Positions 1 through 25,300 of a DNA stretch of 64,000 bases are shown piece by piece. The notes beneath the pieces are model-generated. The model was not told the DNA's origin. It saw only the letters and a list, made by a program, of their open reading frames with translations, and did no database searches. A program made the translations under genes and the position numbers. The stretch spans positions 24,545 through 88,544 of the forward strand of contig JAQGDQ010000459.1 in assembly GCA_030141605.1 (NCBI GenBank). The letters are read 5' to 3'. Numbering within the stretch: position 1 is the first letter of the stretch; each line of letters opens with the position of its first letter. This DNA is from Tubiluchus corallicola (Eukaryota; Animalia; Priapulida).

Positions 1-516
1 AAACTGTTCATTAATAAGGCATCTAAAACAAAGAAATTCGCCAGAATTTAGAAACAACATCGAGATATGTAGTCTGTAAGGTAAGTTGTTAAATTATCGA
101 TATAATATTATATCATACACCTTTTGGCTATTAACTACTGAATTGTGTATCATTGTTGTTTTTAAATTCTGATAAATTTCTTTGCTTTAGTTGCCGTGAT
201 AATAAACAATTTTGTTCAAAACCAGTCAGCAATAAGTTAAAATCCGACAAAACTAATGAAATTTGTGCGAATTTTGATCATTTTTCATAACCTTAGCCAA
301 TCAACTATTTAAAAGTTTAATGAAATAAACAACGTTCTAACATGTTTTTTTACATCTTCCCTATGAACAGAGGGACTGTAAATAGCTTTTTCAAATAAAG
401 ATTTATTATTATTATTATTATTATTATTAATATTAATAAGGTACCACCAAACTTTTGAGGGTACAAAATTGCAACAATATAAGTTAACATAGACAATAAA
501 AATTAGGAAAACGAAC

Positions 517-13582
<13,066 letters not shown>

Positions 13583-13824
13583 GGAAAACATTTCAATTAC
13601 ATCTATCAACTTTCAACACTATACTACCATACTGTCCGCAACAGCCCATTTTTGTTATTTTCTAAGCCGGGTGACGCACTGCCACGCATTTTTCAGTCCA
13701 ATGATGCAGCACGCCATTTAGTTCTTTCACACTTTAGGTTGTGCTCATCTTGGTAAACGAAATGGGAGTCAACGAACCGCTGAACTATTGAGCGAAATAA
13801 GTGTACTGCTCCCATGGTCATATT

Positions 13825-14989
13825 CAGTTTCGGGACCGTAAACGTTTGCTGCATCTTGCATGGGTTCATGAAAAGCAGCTCTCAGTAAGCAACAATTGTG
13901 TTATATTTGATAATTTTTGTGGGTTTCTACTCCTCACTAGGGGTGAGCATTCTCTACCAGAAAGCGAATTCGAATCGAACCGAATTTGTGACTTTCGAAT
14001 TCGAATCAAACCGAACTTCAGTGTTTCGAATTCGAACCGAATTCGAATTGCGATTGAACAATTTTCGAACTAGTTTTCGAACCACCAGTAAAAATTAGTC
14101 TTACAAAGATCATGCATATCATTAGATTTTGTTCAGCAATAAAACGACTAGTAATTTGCTTAAAGTTGTGCGCAGAAATAACAACTAAATTGTGTTAATT
14201 GCATGATGTTTCAATCATTTTAATGATCAAGAACAGATGTGATTGAAGTGCTGAATTATTTGAATCTATAGTTTTGGATTCGAATCGAGTTCGAACTAAA
14301 AAAACTCGTTCGAATCGAATTCGAGCGTTCGAATTCGATTCGAACGTTCGAACTCGAACGTTCGATGCTCACCCCTACTCCTCACACAATGGATTTTCAT
14401 GCAAAATTGTATATGTTTACCTTAGACAAATTAAAAATCAATTTTTGACAAATAAATTTAAATAAGCTTTCAGTAACTGCAGTGTTTTCACTGTAACAAA
14501 GTATAGTATCATTTGTGTGAAATTGGCTAATGCAGAAAATTTTAACTGCCCAGCCACAACACTCTGATTCACTTTGGCTTCAAGTCTACTCTATTTTTAA
14601 GGAGAAATTGCTATTAAAAGATGAAGAAACGACCTTAATTTCTCCTTGGCTGATCGATTGGCTTTTCCTGGAACTCTGTACAGCAAATGGTTCCCTTGGG
14701 CTAGCAGGCGATCAATAAGACAGTGTGTACGATCACGCAAGCGTACACCAGACTAAGCTACTCAATAGGCTAAGTTGGAGTGCCTGAAGAGGACATGCTT
14801 GTCTTAATTTTATCCAATTAAATCACTTACAAGTGTTTAAGCAAACAGGGTGATTGGCTAGTCGAGATTCTCCTGAATAAAACACACCCTAATTTGTAAT
14901 CATTTAGTTATGTCTATGCTCATACAGTAATAGAAACATCATAGGTCTTATAAGACCTATTTTGAACGATATGGTCCTGAAGGAGTTAT
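13825..14989. mobile_element. piggyBac-like MITE family B, copy 1 (left end eroded; hosts a nested hAT MITE)
   Basis: Colinear with 36376-37089 and the reverse copy 34144-34878; ends CCTGAAGGAGTTA. Confidence 0.75.
13938..14377. mobile_element. hAT-type MITE family A, copy 1
   Basis: TIR TAGGGGTGAGCAT...ATGCTCACCCCTA, perfect 8-bp TSD CTCCTCAC, subterminal TCGA/TTCGAA arrays. Confidence 0.9.
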
Positions 14990-15399
14990 AGTGATGAGCC
15001 GAAGCTGTCGGAATGAAATTCGAACTTGCCTACATCACGAAATGTCAGGAAGAATGCGAACCAGGAGTGGGAGTTGATCATTGTTCATCAAGCCGTTAAG
15101 ATTTGTGTAGCATTACCTCTGAGATGAGAGTCAGAGTTGGAGGTACCTTACTGTCGGCTATTGTAAGACTTGTACGAAAGTGTTTAGAAGCCAGCCCAGC
15201 AAGGCAAAAAGAAGTTAAACACTGCAGGTTCCACTTAGCAACTCAAAGTAAATTACTTGTATGCAGAATTATTGAGGAGGCTATAATTAGCTCTTTTATG
15301 CAGAACACTAAGATGAGATTATGATAAAGTCATTGGTTAGATGTAAACAAACTTGACTTATTATTATAGTGGAATTGACTTGGTGGGAATAGTGCTCAC

Positions 15400-15808
15400 T
15401 AGGGGTGACCTTTTTTACCAAAAAATCGAATTATAATCGAATTCGTGACTTTCGAATATGAATCAAACCGAATTTTGTTATTTCGAATTGATTTTCGAAA
15501 GATTTTCAAACGAGTTTTCGAACCCTCAGTAAAAAGCAATATTAGAAAAACCATGCATAGGCCCTATTACTCGATCTTTTTCTGCAATAAAACCACTAAT
15601 AATTAGTTTAAAAATTTAACACAAAAATCATTACTAAATTGTGCTAATTGTGTGATGTTTAAAACGTTTTAATGACAAAAGAATATATCTGGTTGAAGTG
15701 CTGAATTATTCGAATCTATAATTTTAGGTTCGAATCGAATTCGCATTAAAAACGCCTTCGCATCGAATTAGAACAGAATCGAGCTAGAACGTTCGATGCT
15801 CACCCCCA
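15400..15808. mobile_element. hAT-type MITE family A, copy 2 (diverged)
   Basis: TAGGGGTGACC ... GATGCTCACCCCCA, colinear with copy 1; TSD not retained. Confidence 0.8.
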
Positions 15809-15849
15809 TCCGTAATACGCTCGCAAGCACTCCTTAACATGTCAGTGGC

Positions 15850-16058
15850 ATGCCTGAAGCACGTGGTGCGTCATTTCTTTAAGAAGTCCAAATAACCAAT
15901 CATAACAAACAAATCAGCAGTAAATTCATTGGCAATCTGTGAGCTGTCGTCTGGGATACCGGTCGTCGTCGTTTTGAATTTGAAACATTATTCAAAAATA
16001 TTGAATCATTGTTTCTGTCGTCTTTTCATAGTACAGCTACTTTCTGAAGCTAAAAACC
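15850..16058 (+). promoter_or_regulatory. Putative reticulon promoter and non-coding first exon
   Basis: CACGTG/TGCGTCA at 15860-15873, CCAAT at 15896, a CpG-containing leader, and a strong donor AACC|GTGAGT at 16059 that could pair with the acceptor at 17245. Confidence 0.5.
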
Positions 16059-17252
16059 GTGAGTTGTTTTTAATTTTTTTCTTTTAAAGGTTGGGACATG
16101 AATAAACGGCTTTGATTTACTTTTAGAACTTTTCAAGTTCCAACAGCACTTTCAATTATTTCTAAGTACTTGTAATTTTGCATGACAATTGGCATATTAG
16201 AATAAAATTAAAAATGAATTATGTAAATAAAAGTGAATAGTTGAGTACATTACCATAGCTACAATTTCGGGTTAAGTTGTTGTTACATTAGTCTAACTAG
16301 TATTAGTTAGAAAAGTTAGGGCAGCTCCAATTGTTTGCGTGTTGATAGTTAACCCTTGAAAACTCGGATTTATTAAAGTTTTACTTAAGATATTTTATTA
16401 AATTGATTTGAAACAATTGAATTTATCGATACGTTGGTATCAGTGGTTTGGACCACATTAAAAAACATTTACTATAGGGATTATATAATAAGGAAAATCT
16501 AAACTTTACAGTCGGCCAGTAAGTTTAGTATCCATTGTCAGGCATCACTGACTTCTACAGTATTATAAATAAAGTGCTGCGTAATTACAATGAACTTAAA
16601 ATAACAGCTGTGGTGGAAACTGTCATGTTGCAGCACCATGAATTGTGTGTTACATACATACCTTTTTGACTTGTATGACTGACAGCTTACAGCATTTGCA
16701 TGAAAACATATGTATGAATCCAGCAGATTTTATTGAGAGTAAAATAATGTGATGAATTGTCTCTGTCTGTTTTTCAAGAATAGTATCGGTATCTCATGAA
16801 TATTTAACTACAGAATTTAAAGAGGTTTTGTCTAATTTTTTGTTTTTTTAAGCAAGAGTTTCTAAACTTAACAACAATAATGAAACAAGTCTAGAACAGT
16901 GGTGACTTGGCCCTATGATAGGTTTGATAATGTTGGTCTGTAACAATGCTTCATGAACATTGCCACATTGCTATTTGTTTAGATTTGAACAAATTGACAT
17001 CACGCAATGCTACCATTACTTGTTTAATTGCTTCAGCTTCATATTGGATTATAGAGGGATTAAGGTCTCTAGTACAAACAGAAAATAATTGTGCACTTAC
17101 ATATTTAATAAGCTGTTTATCAACGGCTAGTAAACTAGCTGTTTTCAGAAACCTTTAATTCATACAAAAAATCATATATTGTAACTCTTTACTTAAGTTC
17201 AAATTTAATGCAATGTCTATTGTTCTTATTCTGCCTCTTTTTTAGTTTAATT

Positions 17253-19392
17253 ATGGATGAAAACCTAGAACATGATGTGACACCCCGGCAGCCAGAGCAC
17301 TTGGTGCAAGAAGCCGAACAACCATCTCCTGTAGACTCACTGAGCTCAAATCAAAGTTTTGAAAATATCGAGGTTGAAGAGAAAACTGGAAGTACTTTGC
17401 CAGAATTTGTTGAAGCAGGTGACAACTTAGTTGATTCTCTGGAAGTAGAGAAACCTGAACATACAGACCAACCACTGGCAACAAGCGAGGACATGTCTGA
17501 GCCCGTGACAGAGAAACAAACAGCAATTGTTGATCCTCTTGTGGACTTGATGTCAGAAGGTACTGGTGATGAACAAAATGCCGAGAAAAGTTCTTTTGAA
17601 CCGTCCGAAAAGCCGTTCATTTTAATGGATGAGCCTGTCACCGATGAACTGTCTAGTGCTCTTGATGTAAAACAAGAACCTGAGGAAGAACTAGTAAAAG
17701 AAGAATTTGATCAAGAACCCCAAGAAGAGCCAATCATTACCTTACAACCTGAAGCAGCTGTAAATTATGGTGAGCCCAGTGGTGTTGTACCAGTACACGA
17801 TGCTTTAGCTAGCGGCACTGCACGCTGTCTTTCTAAACCTAATGATTGTCTCATACAACCTTCTGCTCTTGATTCTATCGCTTCTCCTAATGTGGAATGT
17901 AATGCACATTCTCCTATGCAATCTGTTCCGTCTCTGTCGCCTGCTAGTTGTAGTTGCAGTAGTAGTAGTAATGTGCCGGCAGAATCTTCGGACTATTCAG
18001 GACAGACTAGTTCACAGCACGTTTCAGACTTTTTGCCTTCTGAAATTCGGTTGCAAGAAGTTGGTGTAGATACCCCTTTTTACGTAAGTGAGAAGGTTGA
18101 TGAGAAATGTGCACTGCAGGTCACTGATTTAGTACAGTCAGAGGCTGTTGAAGAGCAAGGATTAGCAGAAGAGGGCATGCCGGCTGAAGGCTGGCAAATT
18201 GAACTACCAAGGGACGGTGATAAACCAGATTTAGGGTATTGCGAGCAAGTGTCCGTTGAGCCTGAGGTTGTAGCAGCACAGTCAAAAAAAGAGAAAGTTC
18301 CAAATGATACTGATTTGTCTGCTTTATTAGAAGAGGTTGATCAGTTAATAAGGGGAGCCAGTGAAATGTGTTCACCTGTAAAAGCGAGCACTGACATAGA
18401 TACTGCACCAGACAATTTTAGAAAATTATGGGATACCTCTGAAATGCTTGGGTCACATAGTTTAGCAGAAACAGGAAGTGAAGAAATAGACACTGGTCCA
18501 GACCATTTAGAAACAGTGTGGGATACCACTGAAATGCTTGGGTCATATAGTTCACCTGTAACGGCAAGTGAAGAAATAGAAACTGCTTCAGACCAGTTAC
18601 AAACAGTATGGGGTACCACTGAAATAAGTAAGCCACATGATTTACCAGAAACAGCAAGTGAAAAAATAGGTGATGTTCCAAACCAACCAGAAAGGGTTTG
18701 GGGTATCAGTACTACTAAAACACATGGGCCACATAATTTTTCAGAAACAGCAAGCGAAGAAATAGATACTGCTCCAAACTACTTAGATACAGTTTGGGGT
18801 CCCACTGTAATGCTTGGGCCCTACAATTTTCCAGACACAGCAAGTGAAGAAATCGATGCTGCTGCTAACCAGTTAGAAACATTTATTCATGACCGTGAGT
18901 TAGAACTCCTTGAATCAGAGAAACCAGGTCTTGAATTTGATAAGGGAGAGACAGATTGCACTGATTTGCCAGAGCGTAATTTATCAAAAATGAAAATTCC
19001 ACCTGGGCAGAAAGAAATGCCTGTCATAATTGATTCATTGGGTAAATGTGAATTGGGTGGCAATCAGTCGGAAATCAGTTCATACAGTTTAGAACCATCA
19101 GAAACTGCATGTCCTTTGACCCAAGAAGACAAAGACAATGACGACGTTACTGCTAGCACTGAGTGTTCATTATCCCACTCTCATTTTGTTACAGATTCAC
19201 CCATGTTTGAACCTAACCTTGAAGCCGGTATTGAGCCCCACCCTCCAGCCGAAGAACCCTTTTCCCACGAAGAAATGAATATACCAGCTAGCGTGGAAGA
19301 GGAAGTTGTTGACACTATAGAAGAAAAAGTTCTCCCTGTTATTGAAGCTAAGGAAGAAGTTATATCAGAAGTGAAACACATTGATGCAGAAG
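17253..19392 (+). CDS. RTN: Reticulon long acidic N-terminal exon (713 codons)
   Basis: Acceptor tttttag at 17245, ATG 17253, E/D/P/S-rich open frame, phase-1 donor GAAG|GTAGGC. Confidence 0.85.
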
Positions 19393-22300
19393 GTAGGCAT
19401 ATGGTTATTATTATTACTATTTTCTTTACATAATTATTGAGAATTTGATGAATTAGGATGTGTATTGAATGATCTTCTTTACATCAAAGCATTTCTAATT
19501 TTTCTTGGTTTGAAAACAGCAACAATGGAAATGTCGTAATAATATTTTTTAATTCTTTGTCACTTTGCAGAACCAGTAACATGTGTTCTGTATAAATTTA
19601 TAATTAAAACGTTGAAATTATTTAAATAGTCATGTTATCTGTTTTTGATAGTGTATCGAAATTAGCTGAGCTAAGCTGTCAGTACTTTGCTACAGCTCAG
19701 TCATAACTTCTTGAGCTTTTTATTATACATAATTATGTTCTAAAGTTATGGGACAGGACTACTCCCTTTTGAAATACTGTGGTAATTAGCATATTTAACT
19801 AAGATTTCCAGAAATTATGAAATTTTCCCAAAAATTAACGATTAATTTCAATTTGCAATAATATCTTAGTCAAGTTCCAATATAGATACAGCCTCCAGTG
19901 AGAGGCAAAGCACCTGGGGCAGTTTGCTAGGTGAAGATACCAGCAGATTTGCCGGCTGTCACCCATCTGTTTACTAACTATGCTGCATATTGCTTAACTT
20001 TTAGCCATTAAGCCAAACACACACATACTGTAACCATTAGGGGTGAGCATCGAACGTTCGAGTTTGATTCGAATGAATTTTTTAGTTCAAATTTGATTCG
20101 AACCTAAAATTATAGATTCGAATAATTCAGCATTTCAACCACATACGTTCTTTATCATTAAAACGTTTGGAACAGTATGCAATAGCACAATTTAGCTGCA
20201 GTTTCTGTGCAAAATGTTTGACAAACTAATAGTGGTTTTATTGCAGAACAAAATCAAGAAACATGCATGATCTTTGTAAGACCACTTTTTACTAGTAGTT
20301 CGAAAATCTCTCAAACTCAGTTCGAATTCGAAATACTAAAGTTCGGCTCGATTCGAATTCAAAAGTCACAAATTCGAATTCCCTTTCTGGTAGAGAATGC
20401 TCACCCCTAGTAACCATTGGTCTAATTATATTTTATTACAGTTGTGTTAACACACTCATGTCATGCATTAAATCTAATGCGTGGTATACTGGTCATCTTT
20501 TCAGCATAATTACATATATAGTCCTTTAGCCTTTTTGTTAAATATCATTGTTTTTCGTTGCCTTTCTGCGCATTTGAAATTTTAGCAAAATTTGCGCAAG
20601 TGACTTAACGCCCACTGTGAGTGACTGTGAGTCATTCAATACTGTTTTTTCAGACTGCTGTAAAATTAATAGGAATGTAGCTAACCTTGCTCACGAGCTA
20701 TCCTTGCATGAAAAGCGCGGGCAAAGAAAGCACCCTTTGTTTTTTTCTCAAAAAGTTTAGAGAAACTGGAAATGGTAAAAACTGTTAAGTTTCCGTTCAT
20801 GTTGTTTTTATCTAGCTGTTCTCTTAATTTTTTGTTTTTACGCCTATAAATAAATTGCCATATTTTATAAATGCAGTTATCTAATTCCGAGTCCTAGAGC
20901 GTAAATCATGGATCCGCCACGCTGCAGCTCGTGAGCAGGAAAGCATGACGCACGTGTGTGTTTCCCAAGTACAGTTCGCTTTGCTTGGAATATTGTTTAT
21001 CCCAAATTTCACTGCTTGTTGAATTTTTGTGTGCGTTTAACTTACTAACCTTTGTCTTGTGTAAACAACAAGAAATGGAAGATACTATAGATAACGGGAT
21101 GAGTAACGAAGGTAAGTAGCAGAAGATGCTATTCACCATCCATCTAATGAGAATAATCATGTTGTTTGACATCGCGGTGCAGGTGCAGTCACAAAATGCA
21201 TAGCATTCGTAATAACGATTGGAGGCAGCCATTGTTGTTTCGTGTCAAATCTCTTGGGAGTTATTTCGTTTGCTTGGATCGGGCGAACGTTAAGCTATAT
21301 ATTTTGCATGATTCACCCTACCCCAGTCGTCTTTTCACAGACATTCTTAGTTTTTGGGGGCACAAACTATCTTGGGTTTCATGAAAAACGGTTTTTGTTC
21401 GATTCGCTGTTGTTAAGGCGTAACCATTTATTTGGGATTTCAATCAATATTTGCTAGTTCAGTTCAGTGATACTTGGAAATGTCACGTTGACTCGGCTCG
21501 AGTACATTTAGTAGTAGGTTCTATTATTAGCTGTATTGGAGTGTGACTGTGCCACAGGTACACTTCAGTATATATGCATACATGTACAATCGTTTTCACC
21601 AAGTTCTAGATAACTAAATTTTTCTGGCATGTGATACTGATGAAAAGTGTGTACAGAACTAATGAACTAATTCGTACGTGTTAATGCCTTGAAAATATTG
21701 TTAATGTAATTTACTGTTGAGTAGGGATGGAAGCAGATCTGGATCCCTGGATCCAGTCCGGGCCAGGTTCGGGCAACTTACAGGCATCTGAATCTGGTAA
21801 AAGCGTATAAATTACGATGGTAGCCTAACAACTACACATCAGTGACAATAATGTTAACTTGCTTATGAAACTGTTTTAGCCTTCATCCACAAACCTTGCA
21901 TGAACTTTAGTAATTTAACACATAATCTCAACAGAAACCCGTGCAGCAAAGCGATTTTTTGTCCACAGATAAGAAACTTCTGTATGTTTCTAAGGAGCCA
22001 GATTTGTATTTGTACTGACTTATGTGGATTATGGTAAAACTGTATCCATTGTATTGCTACTGTGTAGGAACTAAAATCTGGCATTTTTTAAATTTGTAAT
22101 TTTTTCATTTGACCTTGTAAGTTGTAAAGTGTAAGAAGACAAGAAATGGGAAATTTATCCCCAGATTTCCTAGCATATAATTTTATCTATTATCTATTCG
22201 TAGTAGAGCTGTCATGTGGTGGTTCTTAACAATTTATTTACAAAGTGCCTAAATTTGAAATTTCTGCTGCATTTTCTTATGTGTTTGTTGCATTTTGCTT

Positions 22301-25300
22301 TAATACTCCCACAAGAATAGCATATCTGTTTGAAAAACCACTAAAACTATTATGCTAAAACCAAAATTATATGAATGATTTCATTTACTTTCAAGAATGA
22401 CTTGCATTTCTCTGCCACTCATAGAGACGGAATGTTTAATAACTTCTTAATGAAAAAAGATACGCTTGTTTATTTCAGTGACGGATGCAGTGGAAGCAAT
22501 CGGTGAAGCAATCAGTTCTTCGACTACATCGAAAGAGAAATGCTGTTGGTATAACACAGATAATCTTGATCCTCGATGTAAGTTTAAAAAACTTTCATTT
22601 GTGGGTGGTGCCCAGTTCGATCTTCGTAAGTTTAACTGACTTTCATTTGTGGGTGGTGCCCGATTCGATCCTCATAAGTTTGACTGACTTTCATTTGTGG
22701 GTGGTGTCCAGTTCGATCCTCATCAGTTTGACTGACTTTCATTTGTGGGTGGTGCCCAGTTCGATTTTCGTAACTTTAACTGACTTTCATTTGTGGGTGG
22801 TGCCCAGTTCAATCCTCATAAGTTTAACTGACTTTCATTTGTGGGTGGTGCCCAGTTCGATTCTCATAAGTTTGACTGACTTTCATTTGTGGGTGGTGCC
22901 CAGGTCGATCCTCATAAGTTTGACTGACTTTCATTTGTGGGTGGTGCCCAGTTCGGTCCTCATAAGTTTGACTGACTTTCATTTGTGGGTGGTGCCCAGT
23001 TCGGTCCTCATAAGTTTGACTGACTCATTTGTGGGTGGTGCCCAGTTCGATCCTCATAAGTTTGACTGACTTTCATTTGTGGGTGGTGCCCAGTTCGATC
23101 CTCATAAGTTTGACTGACTTTCATTTGTGGGTGGTGCCCAGGTCGATCCTCGTAAGTTTAACTTACATTCATTTGTGGGTGGTGCCCAGTTCTTGCAAAT
23201 TGTGATACACCTGAATTTTACCTGAGAAAAAATCACAAATCGTGAAAAGCCACAGCATGAAAGTTGCTTATTAATTATTAGACAACATGTGATAATTAGC
23301 TATTTGAAGTCATGTTTTCTACCACTGATTGATTGAACGTAGTATACACAGCTAAATTTAAAATTTACTTAGTAAAAGGTAAACATCAGTCATGCAAGTT
23401 GCGTTTGGGGCCAACTTTGGCTTCAGTCAGTATTCCAATGCCATGTTTGGTTTCGGGTTAATAATCTACTTCTACACTGAATTATAATTAAATTGAGAGA
23501 AACAGTAAACTCAGGTAGTCAGCTAAGGCTAACTGATAACTATTTACATGTAAAAATGATCTTGCGACTACATAGGGTTGAATTTGTTCCTGCGCATGAT
23601 TTAGAATCGTTTTGATTTAATCACCTGTACTGAAGTTCAGTTTATGCAAAGATGAAACTCAGTAAAATGCTTTAAAATCGAAATTTGTAGAACAAAGATA
23701 ATCTTCATTTTATCGCCGATTTTGACATTTTTCAATTTGCTCTAGATTCCCCCAGAACACAAAATATTCTGAAATCGAAATTTTTGTTTAGCAGTGGCAA
23801 ACTTATTTTTAAAACTAAATGAAACCTTAGAATTAAAAATTCAATACTAGCCTGTTTTTCTTTTACTCATGTCATGTTATGGATATGGAAGTTATTGCTG
23901 TTCAAGTGTGGAACTGAATCCATAGAGTCGACTGTCCGATTTCCCGACATTTTTAAGTATTGTCTTCCTGACTTTTGCATCACTATGATTTTTATAGTTA
24001 CTGCAGTGAAAGCTTAATCTATTAAGTTAGCCTGGTTAACTTCCCTGTCATGCTTTCTAAAGGTTCATGCTCACTGACTCTCCCTTCCTGTATTGTATTC
24101 AGCCTTGTCCCATTGTGTAGTGCCATGTGTTGTATAAACAATGAGTCAATTATAACTGTATTCTAAAGAAAATCCTGGTTTGGACGAGATTGGTTCTGGT
24201 TAAGATAGTTAAGAAATGTTTGGTTATCCAAAGTTTTGCTTGGATTAGGTTAAGTTAGTTACACGGTGCAAAGAATATGAATATATATCTGTTCTAAGCA
24301 TTTTGTCAGGTTAGGTTAGGTTAAATTGACGATTGTATTAGTCCGAGATAAAGTACCGTGAATTTTGTCATCTAGATTTTGTTTTTGTAATTTGGATGTT
24401 TGTGAACTAAAAGCACATGTCTTTGCTGTAACATTCAGTAACAATTGCACAACCATTTACTTGCAAGCTTAATTTCCTAATATACCTTTCCTTATATAGC
24501 AGAAATCTTGTGAACTAGGTGTAATTAGAATTTTTAGTTTAATTTTATAAAAATTTGTTACTACATCAACCAACCAATTGCCTGAACAAAACATCAATAT
24601 AAAGAAACATACTGTGTATGCAATACCATTAGTACAGAATATAGCACTTACTCTAGTTAAGAAACATTAATTTAGGTACTTTAAACATATGAATACAGCA
24701 TTGTCCTTTCCAATGTGCATTTAACATTACCAGGAAATTCACATGGAAGTAATGATTTCCCATAAATTGTGAACTGTAAAGGTCTGTACTGTAGTTTTCA
24801 GTTCTCAGTATTGAATGCTCAACATGCCTTAATCTTTTGCGTTTTCCAAAAATCTTTACCGTTGTGGTGTGGGCCATCATGGAACCTTTTAGTTTTATAT
24901 TTCCTTTTAGTGAGCAAAAGTTGAAAAATCATGTTCTCAAATATTTGTGATTTTCAATGATTAGCTAAGCATTTATTCAGCTAATATTCCCAGGATTCTT
25001 AAAATTTCTCTTCATGAGTTATTTCAAGAATGAGAAATGTGTGTTGTATTCACATGACAGTGAGCGGTTGGTTGATCGGTGAGTTCAATACTCACTATGG
25101 ACAGTTTTATTTTCCATACTTAGACCACGTGGCTGTTTACCTTACAGCTCAGGAGGATGTTTACACATAGGAACATGGCTAAGACACCTCTGCTAGTGCA
25201 GTGGCTCGTATTAATTTTAGATAATTATCGTCAATAACAGCCAAGATTCTGGTACTGCCACTTGTAAGCAGTCTTATGGTCAAGTAATGTACTTGCACTT

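Noticed and set aside
17208-17252. Signal-peptide-like start MQCLLFLFCLFFSLI of the 741-aa ORF
   Set aside because: It is the translated polypyrimidine tract of the acceptor at 17245; the likely start is ATG 17253.
22485-23069. 194-aa ORF with DFHLWVVPSSILISLT repeats
   Set aside because: Translation of the 48-bp minisatellite in a frame different from the reticulon exon.
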